A stretch of 19,751 nucleotides of DNA from Octopus sinensis (taxonomy: Eukaryota), in contig NW_021824218.1 of NCBI RefSeq assembly GCF_006345805.1, positions 1 through 19,751 on the forward strand. Direction: 5' to 3'. Below are positions 9,311 to 19,640 of the stretch, in pieces. How positions within the stretch are numbered: the stretch's first letter is position 1; every line of letters starts with the position of its first letter. The notes below the pieces were generated by a model. That model saw only the letters and a program-made list of their open reading frames with translations. It ran no database searches and was not told where the DNA came from. The position numbers and the translations under genes are program-made.

Positions 9311-10175
9311 TGTTCACAGCGATCCATTTGAAATCCTTCCATTCCTTCACTTCTGACAAGTACCAAAATCTATTGAAAGAGCTTTCATCTTGAAAAACTT
9401 TGTTACGCCAACATCCTAGCTTTTAATTTCGGAACCTTGATATTTCCAAGTTTCTCATCAAACCACCGAAAACCTATTCACTTTTGCCTTCATAAGCATT
9501 TTTCATTAAACCCAACTTAATTTTCAGTTGCAGGCAGGCGAAAACTACTTTCTTTCGATTAGCTGAAGAACTCTCTTGTCTTGTATGTTTGTGTTTGATG
9601 CCAACCACATCAGATGCAACCGTTTTCATTAACAGCGATGGTTCTGCCCTCTGCATTTACATATAAAATACCCACAATTCATCTCAACCGCTTCTTGCAT
9701 GTTCACTGATATAATTATTCGATTCGCTTCTATTGATAGTTTCTATATTGGCTTTACTGGGTTCCTGTATATAATAGACTACCGTAGTCGAATGAATTGA
9801 TGAGAAAGTATAATGATGCCTAACTCAATACTGAATCAGGGCTTCGTGCTGGGAAGCTTTTATGTCTCTCGCGATCTCTGACGGGCTGACGCTTGCCATA
9901 TTATTTAATATAAATTCATACATGCTCTATCAACTATCCTTGATTTATTTTCTAAATCTGTTCAAGGTTTCAGGAATCATCTTTGTTCTTATAACAATTA
10001 CCGCTGTGTTATGTAACCTCCACTCTCACATGTATCCTATCATTGCCAAAAATATTAATCGCCCCCTCTTCTATCAAATTATTTTGGTTTTAAACGATAG
10101 CTACGTATCTCACTCGGTTTGGTAATGCTTTCTCCTCCAAACTCAATGCATCGAGCATTTTATTTTAGAAAATAT

Positions 10176-10505
10176 TGTGCGGTAAGAAATTTACTTCCCA
10201 ACCACATTGTTCCGGGTTCAGTCCCATTGCACGGCACCATGAGCAAGTGTCTTCGACTATAGTCTCGAACCGACTAAAGCTTCATCAGTGGAATTGGTAG
10301 ACGGAAACTGAAAGAAACCTGTCGTACAGACACACACACACATACATATATACATACTTAGGTGTGTCCGTCCTTGTGTCTATGTTTTTCCCCATCACCA
10401 CTTGAAACCCAGGCTTAAAAAACGTGCGATTAAAATCCTTCGAAGTGGTGCTTCATCATGGCCGCAGTCTAATGACTGAAACAAGTGAAAGATAAAGAAA
10501 AAAGA
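10176..10505 (+). mobile_element. SINE family A, older diverged copy with an internal deletion
   Basis: gttccgggttcagtccc, caagtgtcttc, ggtagacggaaactgaaagaa, catggccgcagtctaatgactgaaacaagt. Confidence 0.85.
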
Positions 10506-11002
10506 TAGATTTCAAAGATTAAATCTTCTCACAGCCCTTCAACTGTAAACTTTTAAAATATCGCAAATTTCTTACGCCAAATTTTAAAACCAACTGCTGA
10601 GACCGAAACTTCGTTCTCCGGATTCTTCTCCCCGCTTCCTTCTTTTCATCATCATCATCACCACCACCATCATTATCATCATTAGCAGTAATCGCAATAA
10701 CAACAGCGACAGCAACTGCCCTAAAATTATTCTCAACTTAATCATTAAAGTAAGCGTTGCAGATTTCTCAATGAAACGAAAATCCTTCCTTTATGCAACT
10801 CTTAGAATGGATTATTTAACAATAGACGCGAGGCAAACTGTTCTTCTGAAATCAGCAACCGTTCTTCACTTTCCATTTTTGCTCTTTGCGATTTGAACCA
10901 AGTTTATTTGCCTTTTTAAGGAAACAGAGAAACATTAATTTCAGATGCATTTCTCATGTACAAATCTACTTTTGATCTTTATTCGTAATTCTGTGATGTA
11001 TT

Positions 11003-11106
11003 GGGGGATATGGCGTAGCGGTTAAGAGCATAGGCTACTAACCCCAAGATTCCGTGTTCGATTCCAGACAGTGACCTGAATAATAGTAATAATAATAATA
11101 ATAGTT

Positions 11107-11137
<31 letters not shown>

Positions 11138-11313
11138 CATCGAAAAATACCTTAGGAATGAGAACTCAGGTTCGAAATTTTCCGAAGACACCTGATGAAG
11201 GCTGGAGGTATATGAGCCGAAAGTTTGTGTTAACAACAAACAAGATGAGGACAAATATCCGTCAAATGTAAATAATGTACATAATTCCTCATCTCTTAAG
11301 TATAGAACTGTAT
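11003..11313 (+). mobile_element. tRNA-headed SINE-like unit (family C): tRNA head + (AAT)n + hammerhead-bearing 3' module
   Basis: Consensus-matching A box TGGCGTAGCGG (11011-11021) and B box GTTCGATTC (11056-11064), (AAT)n 11079-11133, hammerhead-like motif 11187-11231. The 3' boundary is approximate. Confidence 0.7.
11187..11231 (+). ncRNA. Type I hammerhead ribozyme motif, stem III damaged
   Basis: GACAC-CUGAUGA(11192-11198)-A-GGCU..AGCC-GAAA(11219-11222)-GUUU-GUGUU. Stem I has 5 bp (one G-U) and stem II 4 bp. The stem III/cleavage segment reads GUUU rather than a palindromic CGUH. Confidence 0.6.
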
Positions 11314-11792
11314 GTTTACTGAAGACAGGAACCATCTGCGAAATACACTTTGGTACGTTATTTTGTTATCTACCCAGAATGCAATCCCCTCCTTCCGGTT
11401 TTTCTATTTCAGAAACTTTATTTTTTAATAATTCTGGTGATTATACAACATTCTTATGTCTCCCTCTTTTTTCCAATCAAGAAATTTATATTTAATTGTT
11501 AAATACCTTTATTTCTATCCAATTTTACATGAAGATGGAATATTGGCTTTCCAGTTTGTCTTTGGTAACGAAAATATTAACATTTTGACTGAGTTCCCAG
11601 TCAAAATTATTATTTCCGGGTATGCGGGTACTTTGAAAATACCTCACGGAGTGACGAATGTGCGCTACATTGTTATGAGTTGCCGTTTGGCAAGACGTAA
11701 CATCCATTCAGCCACAACTTCCAGGGGTACGGCGAAATCATGGGACTGCAGCATGACAAATTGTGAAGAGGCAGCAGAAGAGCTCAACTTAC

Positions 11793-11908
11793 ATTGATGT
11801 TGAGCGGAGGAATTGTAGAAGATCAAAGTCATGTTTTGTTTTCTATTTGACCATTCGTTAAAGAGTCTTTCGTTCTGTGTTATATGGTCCACTTTATTAT
11901 ATATCCAA
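11793..11908 (-). CDS. Candidate 116-nt internal exon of an unknown host gene
   Basis: Acceptor ttccatcttttatttAG and donor GTAAGT. Only one frame is open: WIYNKVDHITQNERLFNEWSNRKQNMTLIFYNSSAQHQ. No recognised homology. Confidence 0.3.
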
Positions 11909-12001
11909 CTAAATAAAAGATGGAAAGCCTGTCAAAGCTGCTTCGCCGGAGCGCTGATTCCAACTTGATCACCAGATGATGTTTATAGAAGAGAGCAAAA
12001 A

Positions 12002-12230
12002 AGGCTGGCAGAAACGTTAGCACTCCGGGCGAAATGCTTAGCGGTATTTCGTCTGCCGTTACGTTCTGAGTTCAAATTCTGCCGAGGTCGACTTTGCCTT
12101 TCATCCTTTCGGGGTCGATAAATTAAGTACTAGTTCCGCACTGGGGTCAATGTAATTGACTTAATCCGTTTGTCTCTCCATGTTAATCCCCATTTGTGTT
12201 TAGCTCCTTGTGGGTAGTAAAGAAATATAT
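12002..12230 (+). mobile_element. tRNA-derived SINE family B, plus copy
   Basis: gctggcagaaacgttagc head, B-box GAGTTCAAATT, central gtcgactttgcctttcatcctttcggggtcgataaa box. About 90% identical to the inverted copy at 12386-12568. Confidence 0.9.
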
Positions 12231-12385
12231 AGAAGAGTGCAAACGAATTATTTGCCGATGTGTGCTGATCTGTAAATAAAAGTTCATGGAGCGCACGTGA
12301 GAATACGAACTCGCATCGACCAAAGAAAAACAATAGAGATTAGATATTCACGTTCGAATCTGGCAGAGCGTATGAAGAACGAATA

Positions 12386-12568
12386 GACAGACAAACGGAT
12401 TAAGTCGATTATATCGACCCCAGTGCGTAACTGGTACTTAATTTATCGACCCCGAAAGGATGAAAGGCAAAGTCGACCGGTGGAATTTGAACTCAGAACG
12501 TAACGCCAGACGAAATACGGCTACGCATTTCACCCGGCGTGCTAACGTTCCTGCCAGCTCGCCACCTT
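12386..12568 (-). mobile_element. tRNA-derived SINE family B, minus copy (3' end missing)
   Basis: The reverse complement reads ggtggcgagctggcaggaacgttagc...ttaatccgtttgtctgtc, colinear with the plus copy. Confidence 0.9.
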
Positions 12569-13744
12569 AACATTCTCTAAATATAGCCACAGTATCTCCA
12601 CACTGCCGAACTATCGACAATACAAACGAGAACTAAATGGGGGACTAAAGAAGATGATATCGAAATATCCACAATAATTATGGTTTATGACTTTCTGTGT
12701 CGAGATTGACAAATTCTTGTAAAAAAAAAAAACATTGCTTTACAAAAAGGAAAACAAAAACTACAGATTTTGTAAAAGATCTTCAGAATCTACCTACCAG
12801 ATCTACGTGACAAAAGCTATAAAACTGCACGAAGACACCCAATAAATACTCTTCGAAAATTGAATTATATAAACGACAGGTGATAATTTCAGATACTACT
12901 TCATAATTTAAGCAGCAAAGTATATAAGCTAATGTTCTATAGACTTAGAAGAGCACATTAATGTAAACAGTCGCAATTATATCGGAATGCAGGGACATTA
13001 AATCTTAGACGAGAAGGAAAAAAATTAAGAGACCAGGAATAAAAACAAAATAACAGTGATAAGAAGTCTGGTGCGGCTTGAAGAGAGAGAAGGTAATCAA
13101 GAGAATCAGATTGGTAGAACTTAAAAATACACACAAAAAAAAAAAATCTTTGCCTAAGGAGCGAAGTTGTTAATCGTTTGGGGGAATAACGAAGAATGTA
13201 AAAGAGATTGATATCGAAATAACGTGTTGCAAAATTGTTGTGGTTTCCTTTATTTATTACTTACGAATGTAAAAGGACACAAACGAGAAGTCATAAACAG
13301 CAGGACGTCACAGCTTCCATGTAGGATACAAAGGGGAAGTGTGTGTGGGTGGGTGTGTGTGATCATTTTGAAAAGCGGTTGTGATTTATAGGCCTGCACA
13401 GGTTCTAAGGGATGAACCGTTTTTACCTAGGTACTTCTGTATAAAATGATACCTTTAGAAGCTAATGGAGTTTATGGTGAGTCTATCAGACATAGGTGTA
13501 TGAAGGCAATCAAATAATATTTACGCATACGAGTTTCCTTCTGTTTTTAATTATTTGAAGTCTCCCTCTGCGGAAGGAGCTTGTTTTTAACAAAGGCACA
13601 AAGCTCCGTCATTGGAGCGAAGTCACATCTTAAATTTGAGAAAAGTCTTGCATAATTTTACTGCTCCACTTAAAGATTGCATTTTTAAGTTGCATGTTAG
13701 GTGGTTGACTTTTTTTTCTTCTGAAAACCCTAACTTATCTAGAT

Positions 13745-14100
13745 TCTTTTATTCTTTTGTAAGTTTCAGCCCAAAGGCTGTGGCCATGATGGAGCATCGC
13801 CAATATAATCACCTTTTTAATGGCCATTCTTATGCAATTGACCTTTGGTGAAGAGGGATTTCGACACTACTGCCATTTTGGAGTTTCTTACCGTGACAAG
13901 TGCAAGAAACTCATCTGGGGCCTTGGACAGCGGGAGATCAAGTTGTTTCTTGAAAGCATCTATCTCTACTCCATGAAAATCCTTCAAAAAGTTTGGGAAG
14001 GCGTTAAATAGCTGTGTCCCCTTGAATCCGAAGCTGCTGCAGTACATGGTCCTCACTCTAAACGGGAGAGATAGGACCACTGACACTCTGACAGCGTTTA
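13745..14100 (-). mobile_element. CR1/L2-group LINE 3' fragment (ORF2 C-terminus + 3' tail)
   Basis: RVRTMYCSSFGFKGTQLFNAFPNFLKDFHGVEIDAFKKQLDLPLSKAPDE fits the CR1-type C-terminal pattern SF..RGP.LFN.LP..LR......D.FK..LD.FL..VPDEP. The tail ggcgatgctccatcatggccacagcctttgggctgaaac is followed by (AAAAGAAT)2. Confidence 0.8.
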
Positions 14101-14149
14101 TTCACAAAACCAATTGCATAGTATAAATTTTTGACTCTATAACCAATAT

Positions 14150-14733
14150 TAGAGGTGTATCTACGGGGGAGGCATTTTTTTTAAACTGTCAGTGTCCCAG
14201 TTTACTTAAACTTACAGATGGAAAATGTCGGCCCACGAATTGAAGAGATGTTTGGGGACGAGGAGATTTACTTCCAGCAAGATGGAGCTCCTCCTCACTA
14301 CCATCGTGATGTACGGGCTTACCTCGATGCAACAACTCCAAACAAATGGATTGCGAGGGGAGATACCGTTGAATTTCCTGCACGTTCCCTAGACCTCACG
14401 CCAATGGATTTTTTTTTTATGGGGACATCTCAAAGATAGGGTTTACGCCGCAAAACCAGTAACAATTGATGAATTGAAAAATGAAATTCGAATACAATGT
14501 CTTGCAATTCCAAATGAAATGTTTGGCAATGTTGTCGAATCCATTGTTGGACGTTATCAGCTTTGTTTGGAAAATGAAGGAAGGCAGTGTGAACATTTGC
14601 GAACACGCAGGAATGAGAGAGAACATTAAATAATTCTAAATGTCAATAAATAATCGTTTCTACAACGATTTATTTTCCTGAATTTAATTTGTTTTGTTAG
14701 GATTGTATGTGTACGTCTTTTTGGGACACCCTG
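14150..14733 (+). mobile_element. IS630-Tc1-mariner DD41D (rosa/VS family) transposon, 3' half with right TIR, inactive
   Basis: FQQDGAPPHY..W..RG..FPARSLDLTPMDFF, with 41 residues between the Asp at 14281 and the Asp at 14407. A +1 frameshift in the T10 run (14409-14418) is followed by WGHLKDRVY..EHL, stop 14627-14629. Right TIR (reverse complement CAGGGTGTCCCAAAAAGACG) ends at 14733, followed by TA. The left boundary is approximate. Confidence 0.9.
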
Positions 14734-15170
14734 TATATATGCATATGTAAAGGAATTGTAATAAGTCACAAGAATAACCCACGCGTGTGTGTTTGTTTTT
14801 GTGTGTGTATGCATGTGTGTGTCTGTCTGTATCAATATTGTATCAATAATGAACAATAATTATAGAATTACTTTGTTGTTATCTAAAGTTAAGATATTCA
14901 GTGAAATTATAATTCGCATGAGAGTTAATGTAATACCAAAAGCCATGCTTTGCTGTTACCCACATTTCGTCGAAGTAATAACCGCCATAATATGTGGTTT
15001 AGGTGGAATATATCTCCGTCAGCAGGAGGCGCCATGTTTCAAGGCGGTTTCAGCAGATTCCTGTGTATTTCTAATTGAGAACGACATGCTTAGGATGTAA
15101 AACGTTTTCTGCATAAAATGAAGTTAGAAATATTTGAAAATGCGGGCTGGATGAGGAATATTATACTTAC

Positions 15171-15225
15171 CTGACGCAGTTTTGTTTACCAACGCTTTAA
15201 TACGTAAGTTTGTAAAAATATATTT
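15171..15225 (-). CDS. Candidate 55-nt exon of an unknown host gene (may be non-coding)
   Basis: Perfect donor CAG|GTAAGTAT at 15171/15170 and weak acceptor aacttgctatAG. One open frame: KYIFTNLRIKALVNKTAS. Confidence 0.3.
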
Positions 15226-15378
15226 CTATAGCAAGTTATGTAAATACTGTAAAATTGATTATTGCTGTTTTGACTTGTGACAAAGTCAAACAAATTTCAC
15301 CTAGTAGTATTTCGGTATGGAAAAGGACCATATTCGATAAAAACTTATATAATTATAACAATAAGGGTTTTTGCAACA

Positions 15379-15380
<2 letters not shown>

Positions 15381-15443
<63 letters not shown>
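15381..15443. repeat. (AG)n microsatellite
   Basis: Direct reading. Confidence 0.95.
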
Positions 15444-15447
<4 letters not shown>

Positions 15448-15529
15448 TACGAAAAAAGGACAAAAGACGGAGACGGGTGTGTAAACAAAAAACAGATGTA
15501 ATAGTTTAACGCTCGGGAAGTCAGAAAGT

Positions 15530-15564
15530 CTTTTACGTTTCCGACCTACGCTCTTCCACAGAAG
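15530..15564 (-). ncRNA. Degenerate hammerhead motif homologous to 7195-7227 (probably inactive)
   Basis: The minus strand reads CUU-CUGUGGA-A-GAGC-GUAG-GUCG-GAAAC-GUA-AAAG. Core A6 is replaced by U and the stem II 3' arm is damaged. Confidence 0.5.
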
Positions 15565-15616
15565 GGAACACAGAAATAAACAGGGAGAGAAAATAATAAA
15601 GGTTTAGTGGCTAGCG

Positions 15617-15635
15617 ATCTATCTATCTATCTATC

Positions 15636-15721
<86 letters not shown>

Positions 15722-15722
15722 T
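15617..15722. repeat. (TCTA)n-(TC)n-(TA)n compound microsatellite
   Basis: Direct reading. Confidence 0.95.
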
Positions 15723-16050
15723 TATTTATCGTTGCTATTATGTTAAACTGTCGTATATCCAAATTTGGCCAAATGAGGTTTTTTTTCAATATTTATTTTT
15801 GCTTACAATAGCCGGGTCTTTTGGTCAAACTATCGTATCTCCAGCTGCTTCAGATGCCAAGATATAAAAATTGTCAAAGTGTATTACAACGGTTTTGCTA
15901 TGGAATGATGAAACTAGCTTTTCGTTTTCTGAAACAGCAAAGTTATGGACTTACGACACTTTTGCATAATAACAACGATATATATATATATATAGGCAGA
16001 GTGGGGAAAAAGTGATACATCCTTCATATATAGATAAATACATAGTTATT

Positions 16051-16100
<50 letters not shown>

Positions 16101-16185
16101 TACAGACATATATATATATATACTTACATACATATGTGTGTGTATGTGTGTGTGTGTGATTCTGTGTGTGTGTGTGTGTGTGTGT
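16051..16185. repeat. (TAGA)n-(TA)n-(TG)n compound microsatellite
   Basis: Direct reading. Confidence 0.95.
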
Positions 16186-16784
16186 AAATTTACCAAATAT
16201 ACATCGCTACCATTAATATAGACATCTGAAACTATTGCTAACGGTTCTACCAAATTTTCTATTAATCAATATCTGACGAATTAAAAACAACAAAAAAAGA
16301 AAATAGAGTTCTTTGGCCATTGAGATGCTGGAAGTAGTAGAAATATATAAGTATATCAATGTAAATAAATAAATAAATAAATAAATAGGAGGGAATGCTT
16401 ACAACTAGAACGTTCTTTTATCGTTGATTTGCTCGACCAGGCTTGACCTGGTGTTAAACAACAACGATAAAAATCATGAACTATGGCTAGTTTTTGAAAA
16501 TCATAAAGATGATTGTGTGAGAGTATATTTGTGTGGTGTGTGTGTGTGTGTGTGTGTGTGCCATACTATTATATTCTTTATCTACCAACAGAAACAAGCG
16601 ATCATTACTTAACATGATTTATTATGCTGTAGGATAATATAATTTTATTTTTTCTACTTTGGAAACTTTTTCATTTTCTACCATAAAAAATAACAACTAA
16701 ATCGCAAAACAACATTGGAACCCAAATGATACATTGTGGTGTGGAAATGTTCGTTTGTCTTTTCGCTTCTTGTTATGGTTATTT

Positions 16785-16870
16785 TTATTATCCCCCCACC
16801 CCAAATTGGTGCCCTTGTGGCAAAATTTGAAACCATTGTTATTATTATTGTTCTTCTTATTATTATTATA
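16785..16870 (+). mobile_element. Possible SINE 3'-tail fragment ending in (ATT)n
   Basis: ccccccaccccaaattggtgcccttgtggcaaaatttgaaacc + (att)n, loosely resembling the family B tail (cccc...ccttgtgg). Confidence 0.35.
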
Positions 16871-16914
16871 AACAAATATATACCAATGAGCCTTAGTAAA
16901 TGATATAATACGTA

Positions 16915-17245
<331 letters not shown>

Positions 17246-17254
17246 GCACATCCA

Positions 17255-17353
17255 AAGATAGATTGACAAATCGGTAGATAGATCAATAAATACATACATA
17301 GACAGCTAGATAGATAAATAGATAGATAGATAGATGGATATATAGTTAGATAA

Positions 17354-17389
<36 letters not shown>

Positions 17390-17539
17390 GCAGCTAGATA
17401 GATAGACGGACAGACAAACGATAGATAGATAGATAGACAGACAAACAGACGGACAGACAGACAGATAGACAGCTAGATAGATAGTTAGGTAAACAGACAT
17501 ACATACAGACAGATAGATAGATAGACGGACAGACAAACA

Positions 17540-17603
<64 letters not shown>

Positions 17604-17625
17604 GTAGATAGATAGATAGGTATAG
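17255..17625. repeat. Long compound (GATA)n/(GACA)n tetranucleotide array
   Basis: Direct reading. Confidence 0.95.
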
Positions 17626-17924
17626 GGATATAATTTAATTATGACACAATGAACAAGATAAGTTCACAGAGTAAAACGGATGAAATAAACTAGAGACATT
17701 GGAAGCTGGATGCTACTTGAAGCTGAACATGGAATCTATTATATTTTGAGATGAGAAAAAAATAATAATTTGTGTGTTGAATGGAGGCGCGAAGTTGTAT
17801 TGGAACTCTTAATGCCAAAGATCAACAAGTAAGAATGCTTATGAATAGATGCAACCACGAACGGATATCAACATCAGGAGGCATGGAGTGGGAAACATTA
17901 TGACAAAAATGGAATATTTGCACT

Positions 17925-17970
17925 GGTGTATATGTGTGTGCGTGTGTGTGTGTCTGTTTGTTTGTTTGTG

Positions 17971-18027
<57 letters not shown>

Positions 18028-18330
18028 TATATATTCATAAGTGAAGTATACACGAATATGTGTGAGTGTATATATATTTACACTCACATACACACACATA
18101 CTTATATGTATATTTGCATGCATATATACATGTATGTATGCAAAAATATACATTAATATTATATAATCAAATCTATTCATATGTGTGTATAAATGTATAT
18201 GTAGATACGTAGCCACATACACACATATACATAAACCCTTATCTACCTACCTGCCTGCCTGCCTAGATAAATACATACATTTATTCACCCGCAGACACAC
18301 ATACACAAACACACACACACGCACGCATTT
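17925..18330. repeat. Compound (TG)n/(TA)n/(CA)n low-complexity tract
   Basis: Direct reading. Confidence 0.9.
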
Positions 18331-19319
18331 ATATGCGATCAATTGCTCCATACCTTCTGTTAAGTTGAAACCGATACTTCAAGAGATGTTGGTTCCACTT
18401 AATTTAACTGCTCAAACCACCCCTCTGATAGAATGTTCTATTTTAAAGTGAAACACCTACATCCATTCTTGTGCAAATGTATTGTCCTGTGAAAACATAT
18501 TCGCTTTCATACTAGTTTGTCTGGAATTTCATAAAGACTTTTTTTTCCTACAAAATTTGAATGGTTTTGGATCTTTGTAAAATGCTTGCTCTCTTTAGAA
18601 TTAATGTTGAATAGAACTAAATCCATTTGTTGTGAAGCTGTCTATAAGGAACCAAGCTTGATCGATGTGCCTGGAGTTCGGTTCCGTGTAATCTATTTAT
18701 CTACATATCGATCGTATAGATGCGCATGCCCACAAATATTTCTTTCTCTAATCTGTTATTACACACACACAAACAACCACGCACAAATGTAATACTACTC
18801 TAATAATGCATGCATAAAGGTTGATATATACATGTACATACATATTGAATTAAATGAAATAAAATGTGTGTGTGTGTATGAAACAAAAACGATATGAACC
18901 AAGAAACCAAATTCAACTTTATAAGAACTGAAAATTCAATGAAGGACAAATTAGAAACACGAAAACATGAGAGGAAACAAGGTTCGCCGTCAACAAGCAC
19001 ATTACATGTGTACATCTTCAGCTACCTAACAGATCTCATTATGGTTCGACACCTGGAAAGTACCATCCAGCCTGGCTGTGCCAGGAAATCAACAGACAAG
19101 TAGCAAGAGATGAACATTAGCGAACTATCTCTACACTTGCTTAATATTTCAGAACACAAATATAAACATTAAACCACAAAGATAGATTATCCCCTGTTTA
19201 TAGCTAGAAAGCACAGAAACCATAAAATATATCTAGGTCTCATTCTTTTGTTGTTACAATTATTATTATAATGATGATATATAGAAAAAATGTTTTGCCC
19301 AGCGTTCACTATTTTCCCC

Positions 19320-19640
19320 TCGTTCTGATCTAACGACTCTTCATGTTTGTTTTCGTTCGGTTTTTTTGTGTCTCCACTGTCATGTTTTTGTTCCCAACTT
19401 TGACCCTCCATAAATCCTAAATTTTATTTTAGAATTTAATGGGAGCAACTGTCAGTAAAGACTCATATTGACGTTGAATGATTGAAATGACGAGGAGTAG
19501 TTAGACAGCCGACAACTGATGAAGGTCCTTTCTCTGTCTTGTTTCTATTTTTTCTTTTTTTTCTTCTTGTTTACGTATTTAACTCGTTTGTTTACGTATT
19601 TCATGTTATTTGCACCGTTTGGTAACATCTTGTAGCCATA
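19320..19640 (+). mobile_element. Unclassified T-rich element, possibly related to the 893-1207 insertion
   Basis: Same GAAA..GAGTAG-N15-CTGANGA..AGG layout followed by a T-rich tract. Boundaries are approximate. Confidence 0.35.

Noticed and set aside
11003-11075. Functional tRNA gene
   Set aside because: The acceptor stem and T-arm do not close, there is no oligo-T terminator, and it runs into (AAT)n. It is a SINE head.
11582-11607. 10-bp hairpin attttgactg/cagtcaaaat
   Set aside because: AT-rich, isolated and without context. Could be chance.
11456-11797. 113-aa plus-strand ORF
   Set aside because: No recognisable homology, no convincing donor, and AT-rich intron-like start.
12600-13260. 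Possible ancient CR1-like remnant (GH.., EVVNR)
   Set aside because: Too degenerate to align by eye.
14190-14199. cagtgtccca as the left TIR of the rosa element
   Set aside because: No preceding TA, two bases missing, and it lies within apparent transposase-coding sequence.
15163-15180. U1 snRNA gene or pseudogene (ATACTTACCTG...)
   Set aside because: Similarity stops within ~17 nt. A minus-strand splice donor explains it more simply.
18800-18940. Strong minus-strand acceptor-like tract (…ttgaattttcAG at ~18928)
   Set aside because: No nearby donor; the downstream sequence runs into microsatellite.
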